This document shows positions 51,197 to 63,838 of a stretch of DNA of 64,000 bases, piece by piece. The number at the start of each line of letters is the position of its first letter. Positions within the stretch are counted from its first letter, which is position 1. The position numbers and the translations under genes were made by a program. Source of the stretch: Azolla caroliniana (taxonomy: Eukaryota; Plantae; Polypodiophyta); the NCBI GenBank assembly GCA_043228905.1, contig JBHGNT010000008.1, positions 20,274,001-20,338,000 on the forward strand, written 5' to 3'. A model generated the notes under the pieces. The model was not told the origin of the DNA. It searched no databases and saw nothing but the letters and a program-made list of their open reading frames with translations.

Positions 51197-54100
51197 TGTC
51201 GCGTTGTTACCCGCGTGCGTGGAGAAAGGCGGGACCACGGGGGTCTTGGACTAGGGTGTGACGGAGCGTAAGAAGTCGTACTTCACCGTTTCCAGGGCAT
51301 CCCAGGAGTACACCAGAAGCAACCGAAGGGAGAGAGAGAAAGAGAGGGAGTGCGCGCTTAACACCGACTCCCGCACGCACACACACACACACACACACAC
51401 ACAACGGACCCGACTCACGCCCTTATGTACAAGAAACGCAGGAAAGGGCGAGCACCCGACACCAACAGAGACACGAATATACACACACAGACGCAAATGT
51501 ATATATATATAAAAGAAAGAATACATTCCCGGCTTCGAGCTGGACCAAGGTAGGTTACAGTAGTCGTCGGGTGCCAAGCCGCGGGTCGGGGACCTCTCGG
51601 GCTTGTCGCGCCGAGCGGGGTCTTGCGCAGGAGACAAGCTGAACCAAACCCTAAGCGAACACGAAGGGGGAGCAGAAGAAGAAGAAGAAGAAGAAGAAGA
51701 AGAAGAAGAAATGTAACTAATCCTAAATCTAACGGTATACCCTCTAACGCAAAAATGGGCAACCCTTTCACAAAGGGCGCTCCCTTCCTTTTATAGAACA
51801 AGGAGAGGGATGCGTTACAATGTGGGATAAATCCCAACTTACATGGGATCGTCTGTCCCGACTTGACTACTCTTCGGCGCCATAAAGACGCCCTTGTTAT
51901 TCACACTAAATGTACAAGGGTGAGCACACATGCTGCACCCCGCCGATGTAGGCAATGTTTCTCGGTTTCCGCCTCTGGCCGAAATTCTTCACGACATCCA
52001 CCCCCACCAAACCGCACGTCCACCGGTACGTGCCAAATCCGGTGAAGGGTGAGAGATTTCGGCCGGTGAGAAACCGGTCAACCGTGATCCGCATCCCGGC
52101 TCGTTGCTAGTTCGAACCGTCGGCTTTGGTTCTTCCTTCGCGCTTACCTCCCCGTAGGCTCCTTCAACCCGTCAATGGGTCCTTCACCGCGATCTCCGTA
52201 GTATGCGTACTTCCGTTGGCCCTTGTTCGGCCATATGCACGCCCCGCTCTCCGCCGTATGCCCGATGTCCTCCGCTTGAGGAATGCCCGTAGTGGCCCGC
52301 TTCGCCTTTCCCGTTTTGCGCTGCTGCAACAGATCCTGAGTCTTCCGCTTGCCGTCATCCCCTTGCCCCCACTGGCTTGTCATCCCGGGCTTGCCGTGTC
52401 AATCTTTGCTACTCTAACTGAGGTGCCGAGAGCTACGAAGCGAGTGCGGAGGATCCTCCTCCGGACTCCCTTGTCATCCCCTGACTCCGACCCTGTGCAG
52501 TCCACTATGACTCGTCACCCCGTTCCCGGCACCTCCCTTGTGCCGTCTTCTGCTTCGTTTGTTCGGCTCCGTCCGTGCCGAACACCGTCCCGTGGTCACG
52601 CTTCGATCCGGCCCGCGATGGCCACTTGCGAGACTCTTGTTCCGTCCCAGGTGTGCCTTTCCGGCATGACACACCTCCCCGTGTTTGCCCCTACCGGCTC
52701 CTTCCGAACCCGTAACCGGCCGGTGAGGGTTTCGCACTTCGTTCGCCCGTCTTATCGGCTTCCTATCCGCTACCTCGTGTCGTCGGGTCCCGTTCCCTGC
52801 CGCCACCGTCCTTCTCCCTAGGTCTCACGTTGCCACATTGGCCGAACTGCCGGAGTCTCCGGATCGGTGTGAGGGTCCCATAGGACCGGACTCCGTTTCT
52901 ATCCTTGCCGAAATTCGGGTGTCTTTTGTCGGAGTCCTTCACTACTCTCCTCGTGTCTTCCGTGTAGCCGGGTTCCGTCTTCGTGTTGCCGGGTCCCTTT
53001 TCCCACCGCCACCAACCTTCTCTCTCGGTCTCATGTTGCCACGTTGGCCGAACTGCCAGAGTCTCTGGTTTGGTGTGGGGATCCCGTAGGACCGGACTTC
53101 CTTATGCCCACTGACCTTGTCGGAAGGTCCGATTCGGTTCGTAGCCGCCTCGCCGGCCTGATACCTTCTTTCTCTACTTCCGTCGTCCAGTCACGTTCAC
53201 CTGCCACCACCGTCCTCTCCTATAGGACTCACGCCGGCTCTCGGGCTGACCGCCGGATCAGTGCGAGGATCTCTGTAGGACCTCCCCTCTGCTTCGGTTG
53301 CCCGCCTTGTGGCCGCCACTATTCCTTACTCTAGGTCTCACACCTCCTCTTGTCGTTGGCTACCGGAGTCTCTAGAATCGGTGTGTCTAAGGTCTCAGTT
53401 GCACCGCTCTGCCTTCGCCATCCTCTTCTGTTGGTCACTTTTACCTGCCGCCACCGTCCTTTCCAATAGGACTCACGCCGGCTCTCAGGCCGACCGCCGG
53501 ATCGGTGTGAGGATCTCCGTAGACCGCCCATCCATAGCCCTTTTGCCTTCGTCCCCTCACCGCCACCGTTCGTCACTCTAGGCCTTGTGCTAGCTCTCAG
53601 GCTGACCGCCGGATCGGTGTGAGGATCTCCGTAGACCACCCATCCGTAGCCCTTTTGCGTTCGTCCCCTCGCCGCCACCTTTCGTCACTCTAGGCCTTGC
53701 GCTGGCTCTCAGGCCGACTGCCGGTGTCTGTAGAACCAGTGTGAAGGATCCTCCTCGGGCTTGCCGTATCTCTTCCTGACCCTATCCCGGGTCGTCCTTT
53801 TCCGCATGCCGAGAGGGCGGTTTACTCCGCACCCTCTCCCGTGGTACCCACGTACCGTCTCCTTAGCCTCTTCGTAGGCCCGCTCTCTTCCTCCCTCCCG
53901 GAATGGTCATCCGGGAGTTCGCTCCGCCCGGTTCTCGTCCGGGTCCGTTCGTCCTTCTCCGGATTGCCGGGTCCCGTTCTCCTGACGCCACCAGCCTTCT
54001 CCCTAGGTCTCACGTTGCCACGTTGGCCGAACTGCCAGGGCCTCCGGACTGGTGTGAGGATCCTGTAGGACCGGTCTTCGTTCTCCTCTTCATCCCTTGT

Positions 54101-56893
54101 ACTTCTCTTGAACTCGTCGTTTCTCTCCTCTTCGCGTTCTCGCCTCCATCCTCCATCTCTTTTGGTCTCACGTTGCCATGTTGGCCGAACTGCCAGGGCC
54201 TCCGAACTGGTGTGAGGATCCTGTAGGACCGGTCTTCGTTCTCCTCTTCATCCCTTGTACTTCTCTTGAACTCGTCGTTTCTCTCCTCTTCGCGTTCTCG
54301 CCTCCATCCTCCATCTCTTTTGGTCTCACGTTGCCACGTCGGCCGAACTGCCGAAGTCTCCGGATAGGTTGTGGGGTAACCGATTTTTGCAACGTCTTTC
54401 GGCGACTCGTCCGGACCACTGCCCCTTTTAGTGGTGTCGGTGGATAGCATCCGCTCTATGATCAATCAAGCCCCGCCTGAGCTTGATTCTCCAATGTCCG
54501 GAGTTTCGGCTCCGATGCCGACCTTGCCAGACTCGTTCCGAACCTTTGATCACCTTACTTTCCAATTCCCGACCTTCGCCTGGTCGGTCTTTCTCCCCAT
54601 GTAAAAGAGGGCGGCTCGTCCCGCACCCTCTCCCGTATCGGCACCTTCATGCCGACTCTAGCCCCGATCGAACAATCCACGACCGGATCACGCTCCACCC
54701 GTACCGGAGCGTCGCGTGGTTCGGTCCCCGGTCGGGTCGTTCCTTGGTCTCCTCGTCGCCCCTTTCACTGGCCATCTCGCATCCATCTTCCCTGGCATCG
54801 TGCCAGGACTCCTCGGTACCGCCATCCATCTCCTCGGTCTTATATGGGCATCCCGGCCCGAATGCCGAGTTCTCCGCTCCTTCCCTGTATCGTCTCACCG
54901 GTGATTCTTGGTCTTTCGCCACCGCCTTCATCCGATTGGGACTCACGTGGGCACTCGGGCCCGACTGCCATCATCTCGGGAGCAAGTGTGGGAAGACACA
55001 AAGAATCGCCCATCCGTTTTACGACCTTGTCCGTAGCCACCGACTCTTCGTGGTCGGCGGTCGTCTTCCTACCGATCGCGCAAGCCCCACCTGGGCTTGC
55101 TTTTCCGATTTCCGGGGTTTCGGGCTAACACGCCCGAAACCGCTAGTCCCAACTATCCGGTTCCGCGATCTGTATCTCGGCCTCGTCCTTGGCCGTTCTA
55201 TCTCCGCAAGTCGAGAGGGCGTTTTGTTCCGCACCCTCTCCCGTGGTACCATCGTACTGATCTTCCGCCGTCGTGTGGGGCAAGTCCGTCTCCTCAGTCT
55301 CGGCTTCCGGCCTCAATCTTTCCTCTTCCTCGAGCATCGCCTCGAGAGTTGCGTACGCCTCCGCAATCCTGGCCCCAACTCCGACCCTTGCCGACTCTCT
55401 TTGGCGTTCGGCCTCTTCCCGCTGTGATGGCATGCCGTCGCGCGCCTTCCTCTTAGCCTTCTCGGCTCGCTCGTGGTCTAGCCAATGGCACACCCTTCCA
55501 ACCTTCGACCAGTCCTCCGTAAGCCCATTCGCTCCATCATCGTCTTCGAGCCTCAATCCCGATGGCTTCCCATTCTGCTCGGTCGATCGACCTGACGAAC
55601 AATAGGACTTTGTCCGCCCCCACCAAACCTTGTTCCCGCTCCGGGAGCCGAGCAAGTCGTCGCTCGAACTCTCGGAACGCCTTCGTCGCGGCCCGGTGGG
55701 TCTTTGCCGATGCGACCCCCTGGTCAAAGTTGTGTCGTCCCGGGCTCTTCCGCTGTCCTCCATATGCTTGCAAGAGCGCCTCTTCAAAGGCCTCCCATGA
55801 ACTATGAGCTTGTCGGAGCTCCTTTACTTCCGCGTGCATACGGACGGCGACAGCCCGACAGAAGAATTCCAGCCTCAACGCTTCGTCCACGTCCCGCTCC
55901 TCCATTTCCACGTTGTAAGCTCCCAAGTAAGATGGGACTTTGTCCCCGTTGAAATGGCCGACTCTTTCGACCACTCGCTCAACCGCTTTTTGCGCTGCTT
56001 CTCGCCTCATCACCACTCGTGCTGACTCCAACACCACTTCGGCCACCATCATCGCGAGGTCGTCGTCTTCTGACTCCATCCTCCCTTGCCGCCTCTTCAC
56101 GTCGGGTTCACCAAATATGTCGCGTTGTTACGCGCGTGCGTGGAGAAAGGCGGGACCACGGGGGTCTTGGACTAGGGAGTGACAAAGCGTAGGAAGTCGT
56201 ACTTCACCGTTTCCAGGGCATCCCAGGAGCACACCAGAAGCAACCAAAGGGAGAGAGAGAAAGAGAGGGAGTGTGTGCTTAACACCGACTCACACACACA
56301 CACACAGCGGACCCGACTCACGCCCTTATGTACAGGAAACGCAGGAAAGGGGGAGCACCCGACACCAACAGAGACACGAATATACACACACAGACGCAAA
56401 TGTATATATATATAAAAGAAAGAATACATTCCCGGCTTCGAGCCGGACCAAGGTAGGTTACAGTAGTCGTCGGGTGCCAAGCTGCCGGTCAGGGAGCTCT
56501 CGGGCTTGTCGCGCCGAGCGGGGTCTTGCGCAGGAGACAAGCTGAAGCAAACCCTAAGAGAACACGAAGGGGGAGCAGAAGAAGAAGAAGAAGAAGAAGA
56601 AGAAGAAATGTAACTAACCCTAAATCTAACGGTATACCCTCTAACGCAAAAATGGGCAACCCTTTCACAAAGGGCGCTCCCTTCCTTTTATAGAACAAGG
56701 AGAGGGATGCGTTACAATGTGGGATAAATCCCGACTTACATGGGATCGTCTGTCCCAACTTGACTACTCTTCGGCGCCATAAAGGTGCCCTCGTTATTCA
56801 CACTAAATGTACAAGGGTGAGCACACATGCTGCACCCCGCCGATGTAGCCAATGTTTCTCGGTTTCCACCTCTGGCCGAAATTCTTCACAACA
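51197..56893 (-). mobile_element. Non-autonomous gypsy-type element K (5,697 bp; gag remnant only, no pol)
   Basis: LTRs at 51197-51996 and 56118-56893. 4-bp TSD CCAT/CCGT. PBS at 56096-56113 matches the 3' 18 nt of plant tRNA-Trp (recalled sequence). PPT at 51997-52010. gag-like ORFs at 55143-56100. Confidence 0.88.
54005..54360. repeat. ~157-bp tandem duplication inside K, with dispersed GGTCTCACGTTGCCACGTTGGCCGAACTGCC units
   Basis: Near-identical units at 54006 and 54163. Related unit heads near 52821, 53027 and 54321. Confidence 0.8.
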
Positions 56894-57902
56894 CCGTGTC
56901 CAAGTGGTGACTGATAACAAGAACCTCATATACTTCACCACTCCTCGCATTTTGAACCGGAGGCAAGCGTGATGGTTGACCTTCCTGGATGACTATGACT
57001 TTGGAATTGTTTTTCGTCCTGGTGCCCAACATGGTAAAGCCGATGCCCTATCTCGGTGTTTGGAATTCAAAATTTGACCAAGAGATGAGACCTACAATCA
57101 ACTATCACGTTGTCTCCTACAACCACATCAGATTCAGCTCTTTGCAGCTTATATGGGTGTAGATGAATCATTACTCAATGCAATAGCCACATATACTACC
57201 ACCGACAAATTTGCAAAAGAAATTAAGGATAATTGAGTCAACAAATCAACCATAAAGGAGGTACGGAATAGTCAAGAACAATTTATGTTTCGAGATGGTT
57301 TTCTTTTTTGGAACAACTTAATGTATGTCCTAGATGGTGCTTGTCGTATCCGTATCATGAAGGAATGCCATGATGATGCCCTAGCTGGACATTTTGGCGT
57401 TGCAAAAACTTTGGAGTTAATCTCTAGAAGTTATTGGTGGCCACAACCTTGGAAACTTGTTAAACAATTTGTGAATACATGTGATACATGTGCCCACGCC
57501 AAAGGAGTACATCATCATCCCTACGGTCTACTTCAACCTTTGCCAATTCCAAGTAGGCCATGGGCCTCCATCTCGACGGATTTTATCACCGACCTTCCTG
57601 ACATTTACGGATTCAATTCAGTATTAGTGGTGGTGGATAGATTCATAAAGATGGCACATTTTATTCCATTTCTAAAGCAATTTCAGGGACGGAAACAACA
57701 TATCTATTGCTAACAAATATTGTGCGCCTTCATGGTTTACCAGATGACGTTATCTCTGATCGTGGTCCCCAATTTATGTCTCATTTCTGGAAGCGCCTCT
57801 TCCAGAATCTTGGAACTTCCACAAAATTTTCAACAACCTTCCATCCTGAGACAGACGGCCAAACGGAACGAGTAAATCGGATCCTAGAGCAATATCCTAG
57901 AG

Positions 57903-59795
57903 CAATCTCTTTCTTCGTGAATGTCGATGACGACTCCTTTCGATTAGATTGCCTTGAGCTTTTGGAGGTTGATATGGCCAATCCGCTTGTGCCATAACTC
58001 TATGTCGGAATCGGCTTTTATGCCCTTTGTGAACATGGCCGATTTCATCTCGTGTGAGTCGAGAATGAACATTCGGCCCTCTTTTCGTCTACGTGCGATG
58101 AGTCGGCCCTCTTTTTCGATGAAGCAACTGCCTTGATTAAATCATACTTGCATTCCTTGCTCTACAATTTAGTCGACGGAGACCAAATTCTTCATGATAG
58201 TTGGTATATGCAAGACATTTTTAAAATAAGTTTGCTTACATTCTTCTCCGAACGGAACATTGCCGATGTGCCGAATCGGGTGTGTAGTATCGTCTCCAAT
58301 TTCGAGATAGCCGGGTCGGTCCGGCTCTCGAAGTTCTCGGAACCATTCTTGATGCAACGTGATATGCTTCGAGGCACCGGAATCGACGAACCATACGTCT
58401 TCCGGACCGGAGGCATTAGTAGAAGTAGAGGCCGACATAGAATTCTCTCTATGTCTCATCAAGAACATTCCGCCGCGATCGTCATAGTCGGAGTTGATGG
58501 CATAGTTGGTGAGTTGTTGGCTAGTGGAAGCCGACTCGTGTATCTTCTTACGACATTCTTCTTCGTGGTGGCCGACTTTCCGCATTCGATTGAGGTTTGT
58601 CGGCTTGGACCAGAATGGTGGCTACCCCTTCTTCCGAAGGTTCCCCGATGGCCTCCATCTTGTTGCCTTAATTGAGAGTTGTTTTCGTAAATCGGTCTGC
58701 CTTGTCCTTGGCCGAATCGGCCTCTTCTTGCACGGCCGCGTACTTTTCCTCCGTCCGAATGCGTGTAGAGCATTTGGCCATCCGAGGCACTTCTCCTTGT
58801 TCGAACATGGTTTTCTTCGACCAACAACATGGATTGAAGATCGAAGAACGAGGGCGGATTCTCCCGTGCTAGTACGGCGGTTTGCATCGCGCCGAATCTT
58901 GGTGCAAGGCAACCGAGGCATATTTGCACCATCTCGTCATCCTCCACGTTTACGCTTATCGAGTCACAAAGCTCCTTGATCTTAAAGGTGTAGCTCGTGA
59001 CGGACATATCATTTTGTTGGATATTATTCAATTATTGGCGGAGTTGAAGCTTTCTCGTGGTAGTGTTCGCGGCGAAAATCTTTCGTAGATTCTGTCATGC
59101 TTCCTTCGGCGTCTTGGCTTCTCGAATGTACCCGAACATTTGGTCGTGAACCCATGTCGCCAAGCAATACATCACTCGGCTTGACGCTTGCTCCCATGTT
59201 GCATAGTCGGTGTCTTCCGGATTGTGCCGATTTTCTTGTGCTCCTTTGATGTAGCTTCAGTAGCCTTGGCCGACAAGGTATTGGTGCATCTTGTACTCCC
59301 AAGATGCAAAGTTGTTGCGATCCAACTTCTCTCTAGGGAGAGCACTCCCCATTTGAGTATTCATTGTCGATGTAGATTTCTTCCTTCTTTTCTTTTCCTT
59401 CTCTCTTGAACACGAGCTATGTAATCGCACTACGATAGTGATGAGCTGGTTCTTCTTGAACGTCGGCGTAGAGCACAACACACGATCACGATGAGGCGAG
59501 TGGGCTAGATCGAGCTACCAAATCGCTCTGATACCATGTAAAGAATCGGATATGATTCTTGTGAAGCGGAAGAGATGTGAGTTATGTGTGTATGTGTGAG
59601 AGAAGAGAGGAGAGGTGAGAAACACAAGATAGATAAGAGACAATATGAAGTACTCAAGAAGAAGGAGATGTATATTAACAAGTAGAATATGAGATACAAA
59701 AAATAGCATTACAAGGAGTCACAACCGACTTAATATGGAGTAGGAGGAGGGTGCTTTATATAGAGTCACCCTCGCTCTTCATTTACTCACTACAA
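57903..59795 (-). mobile_element. Ty1/copia element M (D family), 5' fragment
   Basis: gag MNTQMGSALPREKLDRNNF, CCHC remnant and protease WFVDSGAS. PBS at 59525-59536. LTR from 59537, interrupted at 59796 by N. Confidence 0.85.
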
Positions 59796-60224
59796 TGTTG
59801 TTGTGAAAATCTGTCACTATGTGCGGATCGCGAAGCGGAACCGCTGACGTTCTGGACTAGAAGGATTTAGTGCAAGACGTACAACACAAGCAAAATTCAC
59901 ATATAAGACGAGTAGATGAGAGAAAACGTTTCCTTATTGCATAAGAAAATAGATTCTTTTATAATTCAAGAAAGGAGATGAAAATGAGAGATAAATTTTT
60001 TAAAGAAAGGAGCCAACAACCATGTAAGGAGTGGTCTGATATGAATAAGCGAGATTATTCTTGGAAGGAAGGAACCAACAACCATGTAAGGAGTGGTCCG
60101 ATATCAATATGATAGAGATTTCTTCCCCAAGGAATGGGAGAGAGAAGAAGAAAGGAAGGAAAAAAAAACTAGAGGGAAAAAATGGGACATATATCGAGCT
60201 CTTTGTTGATCCCCCTTCCCATTG

Positions 60225-61065
60225 TTACTTTGCATGTCCATTTTTAGTTGCATGACCTCTATTTTGAGTTGCATGGCCTCTACTTTTAGTTGCATGCTTC
60301 CATTTTTAGTTGCATGCCTTTTACTTTTAATTGCATGGCCTTGGGTTTTAGTTGCATGCGACCATCCATATAATTCGGCCAAATGACCCAATCATCCATC
60401 AAATTTAGCCCGTGTGCAATCTGTACGTGTGTCGCAGCCAACCCGTAGACACGTCCGCGCACAAAAGTCCCGACTGTGCAATCATCGATAAAGTTTAGCT
60501 CGTGCGCAATCCGTACGTGCGTCGCAACCAACCCGTAGATGCTTCCACACACAAAGTCCCGACTGCGTAGTGTATGCATCCACGCATGCACGCCCGCCTA
60601 CGCAATCATCCATAAAGTTTAGTCCGTGAGCAATCCATACGTGCGTCACAACCCACCTGTAGACGCGTCTGCGCACAAAATTCCGACTGCATAGTGTACG
60701 CATCCACGCAAGCGCGCCCGACTACGCAATCATCCATAAAGTTTAGCCCGTGCGCAATCTGTGCGTGCATCACAACCAACCCGTAGACGCATTCGCGCAC
60801 AAAAGTCCCAACTTTGTAGTGTACGATTCCACGCACACGCACGTCCCGACCGCGCCGTGTATGCATCTGCGCGCTCATCCGCACACACGGGTCCATCCGA
60901 AACGTTCATGTAGCCATGCACGCGTACACCTGGAACTTGCACACGCGCGTACGTCCGAAACGTCCACGCAACCGTGCACGTGTACGCCCGGAACTTGCAC
61001 ACGTGCATACGTCCGAAACCTTCCACGCGGCCGTGCACACGCGTGTACACCCGAAGCGTCCACAC
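60225..61065. repeat. Tandem-repeat blocks in the LTR of N
   Basis: ~21-bp TTTTTAGTTGCATG units (60225-60360), 90-120-bp AATCATCCATAAAGTTTAGCCCGTG units (60390-60850) and ~57-bp CG-rich units (60890-61065). Confidence 0.8.
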
Positions 61066-61712
61066 CACATAGTGTAGCCCAAGTTACCTTGAGCATTCTG
61101 TGCTCCACACATTGATAGAATGAATATGTTTTCGTTTCCCTTATATATCCTGGGTTCCAATGTTGTCCTATCTATATGGGATATCTCAAAGTTTTGTCTT
61201 TTCTTTTGTTTCTTTAAACTTCACACTCACATAACTTCATACTCGTTTATCCATTTCATGCGTAGTAAAATACGTTATGAAGCTCTTGAAGACATCTATC
61301 CTTCCATATGAATACATTACGCTAATCTAAAATAATTGTTTTACTAGTTTTCATATCGTGTGTGAAATTCACACGACATTCACCCCCACCAAACCTGCAC
61401 ATCCACCAGTATGTGCCAATTGTAGTGAGGTTCCAGTTTTGATTATTCTACTTCATCGATGTTTCTTCTTTATACCCAAACCGTCGTTGCCATCCGATCC
61501 ACCATATTCTTCTCTCACTCTTTGCATTTCCGTGACTGGTTGCCATGGCTCGCTTTTCTCTTGTAGAGCATAATGCTTCATGCTTTGTGCATGTGCCACC
61601 TTCATCTCGACCATCTCCTTGGTCATCTAACTTTCTTTTATCATCCTTTTGTTGTTCCATGCATGCCTTTCAATGGCCTTATCGAAATACTATTGTTGAG
61701 TACTCTTAGTGG

Positions 61713-62424
61713 TGACAGGAACTACACGTTTCGATGAACACCGCTCGGCCGCAACCGAGCTTGGAATCAAACACAGAAAACGGGAATGAAAGACATGACA
61801 CAAAGGAGAGAAGAGTACACAGGATGTTTAATGTGGAAAACCCTGAGAGGGAAAAACCACGGGAGTCCACAGACTCCAAACTATCACTATATAAGAATGT
61901 ACAATGGTGGAGCACCGAGGCAACGACCTCGAGCTTGCTATCTTCGCCACAGTCGGCGATTACAACAGAGATACGAACTCTTCGTCTCTTTCTCTCTCTC
62001 TCTCTCTATGTACACTATTGCGCTCTAATCTTGCGCCAACAAGAATGACAACAACGCCCTATCCTAAGTTTGCCCTAAGTCCTATTTATACTAATATGAC
62101 TTTTCGGCTATTTAAAAATATAGCCCCAATGGCCTCTCAGTAAACATATTTACGAATATGTCCCTTCATCCGGTGAGCACTTCTCACCGGGCCTTCACCA
62201 TCCGGCTCTTGCCGGGTACTCCTCATCCAGTTCTCACCGGGTCTTCCGTAGCTGGGTACTCCTCATCTGGTTCTCACCGGGTCTTCTGTAGCTGGGTACT
62301 CCTAGTCCGGTTCTCACCGGGTCTTCCGTAGCCGGGTACTCCTCGTCCGGTTTCAGCCCAGGCTGAGTTTGTTCATCAGCACTGTTCTTCTCACTTCCCA
62401 TCTGGAGGGACCTGTCTCCCAACA
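61713..62424 (-). mobile_element. Solo LTR of the E/A copia family inserted in N
   Basis: TG..CA termini, 712 bp, perfect TSD AGTGG at 61708-61712 and 62425-62429. Homologous to the E LTR (28754-29611). Confidence 0.92.
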
Positions 62425-62508
62425 AGTGGTTCATTCTTCAACTGCATTCTCATCTCGAGGTCCTTAAGTGAACATATTTTGCCAATTGTGGTGAGGTTCC
62501 TCTTTTAA

Positions 62509-63759
62509 TTACTCTTTTTCAACCTCGATGTTCAAGGCTATATCATCCAGAGCTTCGATCTCATGATTTGGGGCCTCTCTTCTCTTAAAGATCTTGATTC
62601 TTTTTTCTGCAATTGGCAAAGGAAATCGAGTTGCATCTAACTCCGCTAAAAAATAGGTTGCATTGCTTTCTATTTTCTTGACCATATACGGGCCAAACCA
62701 TCGTTTCGCGAACTTTCGAGCAGTGCTATATTGATTATCGAGACTACTATCATAGACAAGAACCCAATCTCCTTCTTCAATTTTTCTTTGTCGAAGACGA
62801 TGCTTTCTATCAAAATTCTCCTTGTTCTTCAATCGAGCTTGGCGCAACCGTTCTATTGCCAACTCGATTTCTTCGGGCCTCCGTTCTAGTTGTTGAATCC
62901 TCGTGGCTAACAAGACTTCCCGAATCATTTCCTCTTGCCATGGCAAAGATGTCCACGAAGCAACACTTTGCTCGATAGGAATTATTGGTTTTTGCCCTAA
63001 TATGAGTTCGGCCGGCATATATCCTGTAGTCGTGTTATGTGTAGTTCTATCAGCCCACAATGCATAAGGTAGTAATCGTGGCCAATTCCCCATCTTGTCG
63101 TCACAAGCCTTTGCTAGAGCTTTTACAATCAGACTAAGTCCTCGTTCCATCTTCCCATTTGCATCTGGGTTGTATGCCATGGTGAGCGATAGTTTGACGC
63201 CTATTCTTGAAAAGAATTCTTTAGCTTCATTTGCATCTAATTCTCCCCTATCAACTACTATTTTGCCAACACATCCATATCGACTAATAACATCTTCAAG
63301 GAGAAACTTACAAACCGCCGAAGTTGTTTTATTCCTTAGTGCCCGTCCTTCTACTTGGTTGGTGAGATCCTCTCTTGCTAGCATGAGATACTTCATTTGT
63401 CCTAATCCCATCGGCATAACCACTATGTCTACCAACCACTTATAGTACATTGATAATGGATATGTCGGATGAAGTTCATCCCTATGTTGAATATTCGAGT
63501 ATAATTGGCATTGCTCACATGTTTCAACATAGCTTGCTACATCTTTGTAAACACCCAGCGACCAATACTTCTCCTTGACCTTTGCAAATGTTGCCCATAT
63601 ACCTTGATGACTTGCCCACACACTATCATGAAATTCAACAATTAGTGTTTGTTCATCTTGTTTCTTGCACACCACTCGATGTGCAGTTCCATTCTTCTTC
63701 TTTGGAAATTTCCATAGATGTCCTTCTTTGAGGAAGAACTTGTAGGCCTTCTTCCTCAT
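62509..63759 (-). CDS. Gypsy integrase (3' end of the pol of N)
   Basis: H..H..CEQC zinc finger, LVDIVVMP, VVDRGE, AYNPDANGKMERG, and the GPY module WFGPY. Confidence 0.85.
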   Translation of the reverse strand: MRKKAYKFFLKEGHLWKFPKKKNGTAHRVVCKKQDEQTLIVEFHDSVWASHQGIWATFAKVKEKYWSLGVYKDVASYVETCEQCQLYSNIQHRDELHPTYPLSMYYKWLVDIVVMPMGLGQMKYLMLAREDLTNQVEGRALRNKTTSAVCKFLLEDVISRYGCVGKIVVDRGELDANEAKEFFSRIGVKLSLTMAYNPDANGKMERGLSLIVKALAKACDDKMGNWPRLLPYALWADRTTHNTTTGYMPAELILGQKPIIPIEQSVASWTSLPWQEEMIREVLLATRIQQLERRPEEIELAIERLRQARLKNKENFDRKHRLRQRKIEEGDWVLVYDSSLDNQYSTARKFAKRWFGPYMVKKIESNATYFLAELDATRFPLPIAEKRIKIFKRREAPNHEIEALDDIALNIEVEKE

Positions 63760-63838
63760 TCGGTAGAAGTCTTCCTTTGACCATGATTCATCCTTTGTAA
63801 GAGAGCTTAATTACTTGCCAAATTTGATGTATTCACCC

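Larger units (their letters stand above)
48758..57893 (+). mobile_element. Ty3/gypsy element L (C-related) internal region without LTRs, split by K
   Basis: gag at 48840-49175. RT in 49772-50530. RH in 50792-51196. Resumes HRVQVVTD at 56894. INT in 57285-57893. Confidence 0.85.
59796..63838 (-). mobile_element. Non-chromovirus Ty3/gypsy element N (Phygy-like): 3' LTR, PPT and integrase
   Basis: LTR at about 59796-61378, ending CACGACA and followed by TTCACCCCCACCAAACC, the same PPT context as K. Integrase ORF at 62509-63759. Confidence 0.75.

Noticed and set aside
52126-55456. Long plus-strand ORFs inside K as real genes
   Set aside because: They show no domain motifs and are expected by chance in GC-rich repetitive sequence antisense to a decayed gag region.
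306-63445. Numerous short antisense and alternate-frame ORFs overlapping pol genes and LTRs
   Set aside because: These are shadow ORFs with no independent evidence of coding.
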